Below, piece by piece: positions 37,340 to 46,113 of a DNA stretch of 64,000 nucleotides. The stretch's first letter is position 1. Each line of letters starts with the position of its first letter. Origin of the DNA: a virus; the IMG/VR virus record IMGVR_UViG_3300047478_000138, positions 16,770 to 80,769 of that record; one strand, given 5' to 3'. Both the position numbers and the translations under genes were made by a program. A model generated the notes under the pieces. The model was not told where the DNA came from and searched no databases. It worked only from the letters and a program-made list of their open reading frames with translations.

Positions 37340-39619
37340 CTATAAATTTATAAATGGTTCGATTAGATATTCCTGCTTAACAGATTCTCCAAAAGAAACA
37401 TTAAGTGAAGCGTTAATTGAATCAATAGTTTCTGCAACTCGTGCTGAATCAACCCCATGAACCACCATATCATACACAATAGATGCTGCTAGAAGTAATG
37501 GTGTATTCGACACGTTCAACATATCCACAATAATTGCTTGATTATCAAGTATCTCAGACTGCAAATACTTGTCAATCTGCTGCTTAGTTGGCTTAACCTC
37601 AGGCTTAGTTGCCAATAATGGAATTGGAGTTTGCGATGCTATGTTACCAAGAATTGCGCTAATATCAAATGCAGTTGCTGGTTCGGTGTGAGTTAGCAGT
37701 GATGAATTAGCATATCCATGATGATTGTTCTCGTATTCACAATGCTCAGGAGCTATGCGTAACATAAGTTGATTAGCAATTGACATAGTGACATACTTAT
37801 ACTCAGAAGGCTTGATAGCTGAACTGATTGGTAAATTAAGCACAAAGGCATGATGATTAGTTGGATCGGATGAGGTTGCTATAAAGTGCTTGATGTTACT
37901 TAAGTACTTGCTAATCTGCTGCATTGACAAGAATGAATCTGTCACGGTTAAAACTACAAAAGTTGCTTCGTTTCCGCCAAATGGATTGAATGAGGAATTG
38001 ACTTTCAGCAATTCACCAAGCATCTCAATAGGCTTGTCCTTGGAGATGTTGGCGATTGGGCGAGTCGATACATGTCCACCACAAGCTCGGTAAGTATACG
38101 TGAGTTCAGTGTTCTTCACAACTGGCACAAATATGAAACAATTGGACTTGTCCGAATAGCTTACAGTTGCAACACCCTCCAAGCGAGAATTAACGGGTTT
38201 GAGAAAGTTGTTGATTGATTGGGAGTTAAGCGACTTAACATTGATGTAACCTCTGATAATAGCTTCATCAAGTGGTAAGACATTACTAAAAAAACCTTGT
38301 TGCCAGTCTGCAATAAATAGTTCGTAGTCCTTCATATTTAAAGTATCTGAAAAACGTAATAAATGCTGTGCTGTATAGTCTGCAAAATAAATTGCTGCAA
38401 TAATAGTTTCCTTCGTGATACGCGTTTCGCCAGATGCCATAGCCCAAATTGCTGCTATACGACCTATCTTAAATGCACGACCTGACATTTCTATGCCTTC
38501 TACAGAATCGCCATTACGTAGTAATAGTGCTTTGCTATAGTAGTAGTTGTACTTCTTGTAGTCTGCATAGATCTGTCCAGCTTCGTCAGTGAACATAAGT
38601 ATACGATTCTCGTCAATTTGCTTAACACAATTGAGAAAATGAGTGTTCAAATTTCGTGTAGATTCTTCTAGAACTTGGCGTTGCTTGGCTTCGAACATAC
38701 GATCCTCTGCTGGAGTTGATGGTATATACTCGTTTTCAAATTCCTCTTTAGCGTTGCTGAATACGATTGTAGTACGACGTGCTAGTGAAGTAAGTAGCAT
38801 AGGAATTAACAACTTCCGGACATTGCCTTCAGTGTAGAATGGTGCCGGGCTAGAGATGCCAAGTAAATTGGGAAACATACCTGTAACAGATTCTTCCTTG
38901 GCTTCCTCGGTTTTAAACTCAGGTGCAACTGATTGACCCATATCGTAGAGGATTGAGAATAACTCAAGGACATCAACTATGTTAGAATTAGATTGAATTG
39001 CCATACCAAGTTCAGATGAAAATAAAGATTTAGTTCCATATGAAGCTTTAGCCATGCGATTAAGAGATGTAGTTAATCCTCCACGAGTTGAGGCAAGTGA
39101 AGTAATTGGGATTTCAAGCTTTGCAACATACTCCAGATAATCTGATAATTGTACTGCTGATTCGTCAAATTCCGGATTGCCTTTCTTCATATCCTTGACA
39201 TACTTAGTACGTGCAAGTTCCTGTGCTTCAAGTGCAGTTTGCTCACTGATAAAATCTGCTGCAAGTTGAGTTGCCTTTGTAAGAGCTTGATAAGTTGAGT
39301 CCTTACCACCTCCAGAACGCGCGATAACAATTGAGTAAGTGTTTATGCCTATCTCGTCATCCGAGTACATAGGATCGTTTATACGAGGTCGTAGTTGACC
39401 GAATAGATGACCTAATACAAAGTTAGCCACAGCTAAAGCAGAGATGTTGGAAAATGATGGTGTTTTAGCGATGGCTAGTTGAATCATTTGCTGAATGACT
39501 GGTGGTAAAAGTGTGACATCAAATGAAGTCATACTGCGATTCTGTAAGAAAGTTAGTTCAGATTTGTACTGATTGCTAAGGCTTTCTAGTTGGCTAATTA
39601 TTTGATCTTCTTGTTTCAT
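37340..39619 (-). CDS. Primase-associated P-loop helicase (DUF3987-like) with degenerate C-terminal AEP-like domain
   Basis: IARSGGGKD, SSELG, LARRT; C-terminus aligns by eye to 35643-36434. Confidence 0.62.
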   Translation of the reverse strand: MKQEDQIISQLESLSNQYKSELTFLQNRSMTSFDVTLLPPVIQQMIQLAIAKTPSFSNISALAVANFVLGHLFGQLRPRINDPMYSDDEIGINTYSIVIARSGGGKDSTYQALTKATQLAADFISEQTALEAQELARTKYVKDMKKGNPEFDESAVQLSDYLEYVAKLEIPITSLASTRGGLTTSLNRMAKASYGTKSLFSSELGMAIQSNSNIVDVLELFSILYDMGQSVAPEFKTEEAKEESVTGMFPNLLGISSPAPFYTEGNVRKLLIPMLLTSLARRTTIVFSNAKEEFENEYIPSTPAEDRMFEAKQRQVLEESTRNLNTHFLNCVKQIDENRILMFTDEAGQIYADYKKYNYYYSKALLLRNGDSVEGIEMSGRAFKIGRIAAIWAMASGETRITKETIIAAIYFADYTAQHLLRFSDTLNMKDYELFIADWQQGFFSNVLPLDEAIIRGYINVKSLNSQSINNFLKPVNSRLEGVATVSYSDKSNCFIFVPVVKNTELTYTYRACGGHVSTRPIANISKDKPIEMLGELLKVNSSFNPFGGNEATFVVLTVTDSFLSMQQISKYLSNIKHFIATSSDPTNHHAFVLNLPISSAIKPSEYKYVTMSIANQLMLRIAPEHCEYENNHHGYANSSLLTHTEPATAFDISAILGNIASQTPIPLLATKPEVKPTKQQIDKYLQSEILDNQAIIVDMLNVSNTPLLLAASIVYDMVVHGVDSARVAETIDSINASLNVSFGESVKQEYLIEPFINL

Positions 39620-39620
39620 G

Positions 39621-39830
39621 TTAATCCTTTGTAGACAGTATAGAAAGTATAGTCATATGTCTACTTATAAACTCTAAATACTCTGTGCGATTATTATACA
39701 CCTTCCAAGTTGCTTTTACTGCATACTGATTTGCTGTTCTACTAGCTTTATCAACTCCTAGATGCAGGTTCTCGAGCTTAATAACTGAGTAAATCAGTCT
39801 ATATACTTGTGTTTGTGTGTATGATTTCAT
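39621..39830 (-). CDS. Hypothetical protein
   Basis: ORF with AAGGA RBS. Confidence 0.55.
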   Translation of the reverse strand: MKSYTQTQVYRLIYSVIKLENLHLGVDKASRTANQYAVKATWKVYNNRTEYLEFISRHMTILSILSTKD

Positions 39831-39971
39831 GTGTTGTCCTTTGTAAAATTAAAATTATGTAATCTATCTGAGAGCATTACTGGGCCGGTAGCACTGAGGA
39901 TGAATCCTGCTGCAGGCGGCTTCATTCCTGTCTTATAAGTAATGCTCTGAGATAGATTATACATTAACAGA

Positions 39972-42638
39972 TTACTCTGCTAATGTTGCTAATTTAGCTT
40001 CAATAGTAGCTAAATCTGCATGGTTTGGTAAAGTTACCATGTGGGATTGATCGTATCCAAAATCACACTCCGCTCGTAAGTGTACTGTTTGGTCATGTAG
40101 AAAGTCCTGTACCATAATTGGTATAAGATGATCGTTCAACCACTTGATTGCTTCTGGTGTGTCATCCAATTCATAGTAAAGAGCGTCATGAATAATGTTC
40201 AGTCCCTGGATATTGTGTGGATTGCCGTTAGCTAAGTATGCATTACGAAAGTTAATTGCCGCAATTAAAGTTAAGTCAGAATACCCCTGAAAGTTAGCGT
40301 TGTTCAATGCTAATAAGTCTCGCTTAGGATCGTCCGAGTAAACTCGTAGACCCCAATTAAGGTGCAGATACTTCTGTTTACGAGAAGTTGGTATCACATA
40401 CTCGTCACGAAATTGTGCTACTCCAGGATATAGTTCCCCATGATAACGGTCAAATATCTCTTGTGTGATAGAACCTCCCTTATGTGCATCAGGAAAACCC
40501 CCATAAGCGAGTTTGAAGGTGCAGGGTTTGCTGTCATTACGCAATTGCTTCGCTCGTTTATTGGTATCTGTTAAATCGTAGCAAAGTTTATTGTACTGTA
40601 TAGTATTCTCAAATGGTTGCTGTGTTGTGTCTTCCCACTGCTCTTTGAAAAAGATAGTTGAATGAAGAGTGTGCATATCCCACATAAGTCCAGTTTCTGG
40701 GTCAGAACTTAATAACTTGATAGTTGTTGGGTCCTTGGTTAGACAAGCATTGATGTGGTTCTCTAATCCATTATAATCAACTGCTGCAAGTATACGTCCA
40801 GGAGGTGCTATGAACATAGACTTAACTGTCTTGCCATATACTTTGTGTCCAACAGGTTGTGTAACTCCATTAGCTCCTAGTTGATGCTTAACTGATTCGT
40901 CTAGTTTGTCTCCACCGGCTTTGCCAGATAAGCGTCCGGTGAAAGTTCCAAAAAGCTTAAGTGCATAATGTAATCGTCCATCTACAGTTGATCCGAAATA
41001 CTTCGGAATATACTGAGTAATCATGTTCTTCGATTGTGCAATTTCCAGATAGTGCTTGATGATCTGCTGTACGTCGCCAGTAGTGGTGTGTTGCAAGCGC
41101 TCAAGTACCTTGCCTGAAAATGATGGTTGGCCGGTATCCTTAGAGATTTCATCAGATTCAAGTCCAAAATTCATCCACATCTTCGTAAGTTGTGAGTAAT
41201 TCCATGGATTGAATCCAAGAGTTAGATAATTCTGTGGATTGGCTACTTTGTCAATACGATTGTTATCTAGATTTTGCTGATGTGCCTTCTGTTCTGCGAA
41301 AAGATTGCATGCCACTACAATGTTTGGATGATCGTACTGCTTGTTAATGAGTGGTTGTACTAGCGGATCTGTAATAGACTTCAATTCCTTGTCAGATAAT
41401 GTTGTATAAGTAGATCCGGTTAAATGGTTTACTACAAATGCTCGCATCGCTGGATTAGATTGATAGCCTATATACTTAGGATGCGCCCAAACTTTATGAA
41501 TAGGGGCAAGGAATTTATCTATGCGTTCCTGATCAATTACTGATTGAAAGTCCTGTACAAGTTTGTATGAGTTAATTGATTCAAGAGTAAGCTTATTGAA
41601 TGCTTCAACCTCTCCTAATAGCTTAGTAACTTTAGCCAAATCAATTGCTTGACCTGTGTTCAACATCTCTATAATAACTGGTATTGCAGGCTTGAGAATG
41701 AAGTCGTAGTAATAACGTTGGTTAAATTGCTCAGTGTTGTGTCTAGGTTCGCTAGTCTGCGAGATCCATTCGGTCGGATATGCCGGTTCAAAGTCGTACT
41801 TAGACCAAACTAGGTGTGTAGCACATGCGTCAATTCCACAATAATAAATTAATGGTAGATTGTACATGTATGGAGTTGGATTAGAGCCAACATAATGCAA
41901 ATTAGTATTTACATAATCAGAGGAATCAACATACAAATCAAAAGAGGACTTATCTGTAGCCCAATCGAGATATGGGTACTTGGCAAGTTGCTTCAGACCG
42001 GTCTTGCGTTTGTCCGGATTAACATGATTATGGTAAACTGCAGCAAGTAGCTGGGAGTCCTCGATGTTGTGCGGTAATTTGCCAGTATGGTAAATCAAAA
42101 AACGTGTGTCAAAAACGGCGTTGTGATATACTTGTCGACACTGAGTGGTTACTAACCAATTCAGTACAAAATCACGAATGATGTCGTCTTTAAATACAAT
42201 AACAACAGACTTAGTAAGATTCCATCCAATAGTTACCATAGTCAAATGATTGAACTGAGGTAAGGTAAGATCGCGTGCTTCAAAGTCTACTGCAATAGTT
42301 GTGTATGCTTGCTCAATGCCAATTAGCCATTCTGCTGCTATTGAAATATCATCAGTCCATGTTATCTGTGGTTTGATGTGCTGTGAAGCGATGACATCTG
42401 CAATAACTGATGCATTCGATATATCATCAACATACATACAGGAGTCTTTTAGTGGATAGTAATCCGTGATACACATATCCTTCAAATGATATGTGGAGTA
42501 TCCTGATTCATTCCTTGGTAAGTCTCGTATGAAGCGTGTTGAAATCTCTATACCAGTTAGGTTGTAGCGATGCTGTAATTGAGCATGGACTTGCTGAATA
42601 ATTCCAGGGATATGTTCTGTGAGGAGTAAGATAGCCAT
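39972..42638 (-). CDS. polA: DNA polymerase family A with 3'-5' exonuclease
   Basis: Exo AVDFEAR, HNAVFD, YCGID; TFTGRLS; motif A DYNGLE, motif B RNDSKPCTFKLAYG (F762 type), motif C IHDAL. Confidence 0.93.
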   Translation of the reverse strand: MAILLLTEHIPGIIQQVHAQLQHRYNLTGIEISTRFIRDLPRNESGYSTYHLKDMCITDYYPLKDSCMYVDDISNASVIADVIASQHIKPQITWTDDISIAAEWLIGIEQAYTTIAVDFEARDLTLPQFNHLTMVTIGWNLTKSVVIVFKDDIIRDFVLNWLVTTQCRQVYHNAVFDTRFLIYHTGKLPHNIEDSQLLAAVYHNHVNPDKRKTGLKQLAKYPYLDWATDKSSFDLYVDSSDYVNTNLHYVGSNPTPYMYNLPLIYYCGIDACATHLVWSKYDFEPAYPTEWISQTSEPRHNTEQFNQRYYYDFILKPAIPVIIEMLNTGQAIDLAKVTKLLGEVEAFNKLTLESINSYKLVQDFQSVIDQERIDKFLAPIHKVWAHPKYIGYQSNPAMRAFVVNHLTGSTYTTLSDKELKSITDPLVQPLINKQYDHPNIVVACNLFAEQKAHQQNLDNNRIDKVANPQNYLTLGFNPWNYSQLTKMWMNFGLESDEISKDTGQPSFSGKVLERLQHTTTGDVQQIIKHYLEIAQSKNMITQYIPKYFGSTVDGRLHYALKLFGTFTGRLSGKAGGDKLDESVKHQLGANGVTQPVGHKVYGKTVKSMFIAPPGRILAAVDYNGLENHINACLTKDPTTIKLLSSDPETGLMWDMHTLHSTIFFKEQWEDTTQQPFENTIQYNKLCYDLTDTNKRAKQLRNDSKPCTFKLAYGGFPDAHKGGSITQEIFDRYHGELYPGVAQFRDEYVIPTSRKQKYLHLNWGLRVYSDDPKRDLLALNNANFQGYSDLTLIAAINFRNAYLANGNPHNIQGLNIIHDALYYELDDTPEAIKWLNDHLIPIMVQDFLHDQTVHLRAECDFGYDQSHMVTLPNHADLATIEAKLATLAE

Positions 42639-42874
42639 TACATTCCTCTCTTACGAAGTTCTTCTTCAAAATAAGGAATTGCTTCTATTCTCCGGTTGTC
42701 GCGTTTACACTTTGCAAGAGAAAATTGTATATGAGATGTTTGCATATCTTCTATATACATTTCTCTGCCGTCTTTAGTTTCCCAAATTGGTTTAGCTTGT
42801 TTAAACGGTTGCTTTGGACAACTCATATAATATTCAAATTCGTTTGCTAAAGCTAATTCTGCATATTCTCCCAT
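42638..42874 (-). CDS. Hypothetical protein
   Basis: WETKDGREMYIEDMQTSHI motif common in phages. Confidence 0.6.
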   Translation of the reverse strand: MGEYAELALANEFEYYMSCPKQPFKQAKPIWETKDGREMYIEDMQTSHIQFSLAKCKRDNRRIEAIPYFEEELRKRGM

Positions 42875-42877
42875 TAC

Positions 42878-43096
42878 TTACTCCTCAAAATCAGGACTGT
42901 TGTAAAACTCAAGCAATTGTTCAAATTGCTGTGTGCCAATTGTGTTAATGAACTCTTGATAAGATACTGCATCAAATAATTGATTTAGTAAATTGTTGAG
43001 TAATTCATCATCACTTGAAATAGTGAGCATTAAGTTGCCTCCAGATTTCACTGATAAGTGTACATCTGAATATTTATAAGGTATTAATAATTGCAT
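42878..43096 (-). CDS. Hypothetical protein
   Basis: Tightly packed ORF. Confidence 0.5.
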   Translation of the reverse strand: MQLLIPYKYSDVHLSVKSGGNLMLTISSDDELLNNLLNQLFDAVSYQEFINTIGTQQFEQLLEFYNSPDFEE

Positions 43097-43099
43097 AAC

Positions 43100-43300
43100 T
43101 TATCTTTCATAATTAGAATTCTCTTGGATGAATCCAAAATGTATTGCGAATCTAAGTAGTCGCATTGCGTCTTCTACCTCCATAGATTCATCATCAATAA
43201 TTGAGTACATGATGTCTGTAAATAATAAATCGCTATTCTTGCATAATCGTACTGCATCTTGCCAATTTCCGTTGATGATGTTTGATTTAATGTCTTCCAT
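43100..43300 (-). CDS. Hypothetical protein
   Basis: Tightly packed ORF. Confidence 0.5.
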   Translation of the reverse strand: MEDIKSNIINGNWQDAVRLCKNSDLLFTDIMYSIIDDESMEVEDAMRLLRFAIHFGFIQENSNYER

Positions 43301-43309
43301 AAAATACTT

Positions 43310-44305
43310 CTATAAAGGTTGTGTACAAATTGTGTTGAACTGACAAAAATTGCATAAAACATATCTAGCAGGTTGAATGACTTCCTGGTCTCCAGGCTTG
43401 CCAGATTTGCGAATGAATGCACGGAACTCAGATTCGTTGCTGAACTTAGAGCCACGTACAGTTGACATAGTGCCATTAGTTGGTGATACGCGCTGCAATT
43501 TGAATTCAGCAGGAATGTAGCCACGTTCGGAATCGCTGCAATCAGGTAATGTGCCGTTTGCTAAATGCTCATGCAATTCGTTAGTATGCTCAATTAAGAA
43601 TTCCTCTATCTCTTCATAAGGCAATAGTGGAAATCGGTGGAAGTTATCGATTGGATAGCGTTCCATGCCTCCACCGTCGTTGAGCATAAAGATAATGTCC
43701 CCCCAAGGATTGAGGTTAAGAGCGGAATTAAGCCAACGATAAACTGATAATTGAAATTGAAACTTAGTGTAAGTTGGAATAACTTGAAAACGTTCCTTCA
43801 GAGTTAATGAATTGTCTAGTGAATCAAGTAACTTAATGTCATCCATGAGTTTCTTGTATGCATAATTGCTTACGTTCTTTAAATCCTTGATGGTGTTTAC
43901 TTCATTATCAATTAAGTCAAATTTGCCATGAACTAGGACTTCATTGATAAGTTTCTCAGAACGGATTTCCTGTGTGTATCCTCCATACCATGCTAATGCT
44001 TGCTCCAAAACTGAGTGCATTGCAGTACCTTTAGAAGACTTCATGATAGTTGCTACATCAATAGGTTCAGATGATGCGGAAGTTGGGTACTGGATCTTGT
44101 AAATGAGTTTACGCATAGGCGTCATAAAATCAGACACAGAAATGAAATTTGCAGTAGTCTGCTTGCCGTCATATTGAGCCGCGCAAAATATTGCAAAAAT
44201 GGCTAATTCTCGTGGTATATTGGAGTTGTTTGTAAACCTTTGTCCATTAGGACCTATAAGTAAGTTAGATTGTTGTCCCTGTGACATTTGTGTTAGTGTG
44301 CTCAT
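43310..44305 (-). CDS. Cas4-like PD-(D/E)XK exonuclease
   Basis: GTAMHSVLE, GKFDL, IKDLK, QLSVY, C-terminal CNFCQFNTIC. Confidence 0.8.
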   Translation of the reverse strand: MSTLTQMSQGQQSNLLIGPNGQRFTNNSNIPRELAIFAIFCAAQYDGKQTTANFISVSDFMTPMRKLIYKIQYPTSASSEPIDVATIMKSSKGTAMHSVLEQALAWYGGYTQEIRSEKLINEVLVHGKFDLIDNEVNTIKDLKNVSNYAYKKLMDDIKLLDSLDNSLTLKERFQVIPTYTKFQFQLSVYRWLNSALNLNPWGDIIFMLNDGGGMERYPIDNFHRFPLLPYEEIEEFLIEHTNELHEHLANGTLPDCSDSERGYIPAEFKLQRVSPTNGTMSTVRGSKFSNESEFRAFIRKSGKPGDQEVIQPARYVLCNFCQFNTICTQPL

Positions 44306-44318
44306 GTGAGTCCTTGGT

Positions 44319-44495
44319 TTATAATTTAATTTTAAACATCTTTTCTATACTACGTTTATGACGCTCTGACAAATCTTTTATTGGAATTGATTTACCATCT
44401 CGGGTTATCCATATTCCGTTATCTATATTTCGTTGAATAAAAGATTTATTGCTATAGTGTTCTGGTTGAGGCTCTCTATCAGATCCTAGACTCAT
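44319..44495 (-). CDS. Small hypothetical protein (58 aa; not in ORF track)
   Basis: GIWITRDGKSIPIKDLSERH resembles 42638-42874. Confidence 0.55.
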   Translation of the reverse strand: MSLGSDREPQPEHYSNKSFIQRNIDNGIWITRDGKSIPIKDLSERHKRSIEKMFKIKL

Positions 44496-44982
44496 GTAAG
44501 TCCTTTAAATAGTTAAAAATTGTATACATAAATTCCGTTAAAGTTGAATTTAACTTAATTTTATGTTGATTTGCTTCGTAATAAGATTGTGCTGTTCCTC
44601 CAAATTTATATGACATCGCAGTCCAATCAATTATCATATGAAGTACATCAAGTTCGGTAGTTGCTGATTCCCAATGATGTGTGTTGACTATGTAATGATG
44701 TTTCCAAGCTTGTTCAAAATCGGTTACATGGGATTGGTCATCAATTAATGGAAAGAATTTATTACGATATTGTGTGAATTCTTCTACTGAGAATTTGCTA
44801 ATATCGTGATATCGAACTGCTTGATGTAGTCTTTGATAATTGTCTTCATTAGCAAAACATGGTGATTGTTTGCATGCTTCTGTAACTTCCTCGAATGCTT
44901 TAGCAATGTTTATGAAGTGCTCTTCCAAATAATCACAATATGCTCGTGTTTGCTTGATATATTCATGTCCAATTAGTTGCAT
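44479..44982 (-). CDS. HD-superfamily hydrolase (DUF5662-like)
   Basis: EEH...HDISKFS.EEF...AWKHH...NTHHWE...MIIDW; likely start MQLIG. Confidence 0.7.
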   Translation of the reverse strand: MQLIGHEYIKQTRAYCDYLEEHFINIAKAFEEVTEACKQSPCFANEDNYQRLHQAVRYHDISKFSVEEFTQYRNKFFPLIDDQSHVTDFEQAWKHHYIVNTHHWESATTELDVLHMIIDWTAMSYKFGGTAQSYYEANQHKIKLNSTLTEFMYTIFNYLKDLHESRI

Positions 44983-44983
44983 G

Positions 44984-45223
44984 TTATTCCTTATTAACAC
45001 ATTGTATTGGGGGATGTACACATGCTTCAGTCCAAGATGAGTAATTATAACATACTGGTTGTTCTACAAAATTAGTGTTATCTGGGCTTATAATTTTTTC
45101 TACAAGTACATTGTGTTTACATATTATTTCCACTTTATATCCTTTAGATAATATGTTGTTATAGTTCCACTTAGTTGCAAATAGTGCTGGGGTTAATAAT
45201 AATAATAATAATACATATTTCAT
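44984..45223 (-). CDS. Small secreted protein
   Basis: Signal peptide MKYVLLLLLLTPALFA; 4 Cys. Confidence 0.55.
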   Translation of the reverse strand: MKYVLLLLLLTPALFATKWNYNNILSKGYKVEIICKHNVLVEKIISPDNTNFVEQPVCYNYSSWTEACVHPPIQCVNKE

Positions 45224-45224
45224 G

Positions 45225-45881
45225 TTAGTCCTTTAAAGTGTTTATAAATTCAAGTGGATATATTTCTTGAAACCAAGTTTCTATAGATTTAGCCCAATGC
45301 TTATCACCCTCAGTTTCTTCAAATTGGTCTACTATATAATGCGATTCATCAATATCTTTAAATACACACCATTCGTTAGGCTTAGGAGACCAAAGTTTAA
45401 CGATACTTCTGTCAAATTTTGGTATATGGAATTTGGTTCCAGATAACATTTCAACATTTTCATAGTCTAATGATTTATTCCATTCAGGTAAGTCTTTAGT
45501 AAATCTTTTGAATTGATGAGGTCTTCCATCATTTACTGTTACCCAATCCCCAACTTTAAATGTGGGTTCTTCTGGTTTGATACGCATAATGTCTGCTGTG
45601 TATAAATTAAACATTTTACCGGTTTGATCACAAACGTCTATCCAATGCTCATAAGATTTATTGTAATTTGAATTCCATTGAATAATTTTACCTTCAGCCA
45701 ATGCTTTACGAAATTCTACGTATTCATCGTTGATAATGTATATTGCTGTATCATCTTTCCATTTTACACCTATTGCAGGTACAAATTCTCCATGTGTTTC
45801 TGGGTATTTTGCTAATAGTTCTCCACCATTTAACCAGTAGTCAAATTCAGTTTTGTACTTTTTAATTAGTTCTTTGTTCAT
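45225..45881 (-). CDS. Hypothetical protein (paralog of 61941-62294)
   Basis: EEPTFKVGDW...LWSPKPNEWC. Confidence 0.6.
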   Translation of the reverse strand: MNKELIKKYKTEFDYWLNGGELLAKYPETHGEFVPAIGVKWKDDTAIYIINDEYVEFRKALAEGKIIQWNSNYNKSYEHWIDVCDQTGKMFNLYTADIMRIKPEEPTFKVGDWVTVNDGRPHQFKRFTKDLPEWNKSLDYENVEMLSGTKFHIPKFDRSIVKLWSPKPNEWCVFKDIDESHYIVDQFEETEGDKHWAKSIETWFQEIYPLEFINTLKD

Positions 45882-45896
45882 TATTTATTCCTTAGG

Positions 45897-46112
45897 TTAT
45901 ACACGTTTTAGATAATCTATAATTATTGCAAGCATACTTTTTTGACCTTGCAGATATAGAGTTGATTCATTCATAGAGTGTGTGCTAAAGTTATTATATA
46001 CTTCTTGCAATTCTATAATAATTGAATCTATATCTTTTAAGTTACCGGCTAGTGAACATGCATGATTATCTGCTATTGAGTACCCGTAATTATCTAATAT
46101 GTGTTCATTCAT
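45897..46112 (-). CDS. Hypothetical protein
   Basis: ORF with AAGGA RBS. Confidence 0.5.
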   Translation of the reverse strand: MNEHILDNYGYSIADNHACSLAGNLKDIDSIIIELQEVYNNFSTHSMNESTLYLQGQKSMLAIIIDYLKRV

Positions 46113-46113
46113 G

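Noticed and set aside
39893-39932. Hammerhead ribozyme (CUGAGGA on + strand)
   Set aside because: No GAAA after stem II; core incomplete
39972-42638. Intein or intron in polA, or DpoZ assignment
   Set aside because: Continuous ORF with no splice motifs; no purZ in the window to support a Z-genome
43310-44305. CRISPR-Cas system suggested by the Cas4-like gene
   Set aside because: No array or other cas genes seen; solo Cas4-like nucleases are usual in phage replication modules
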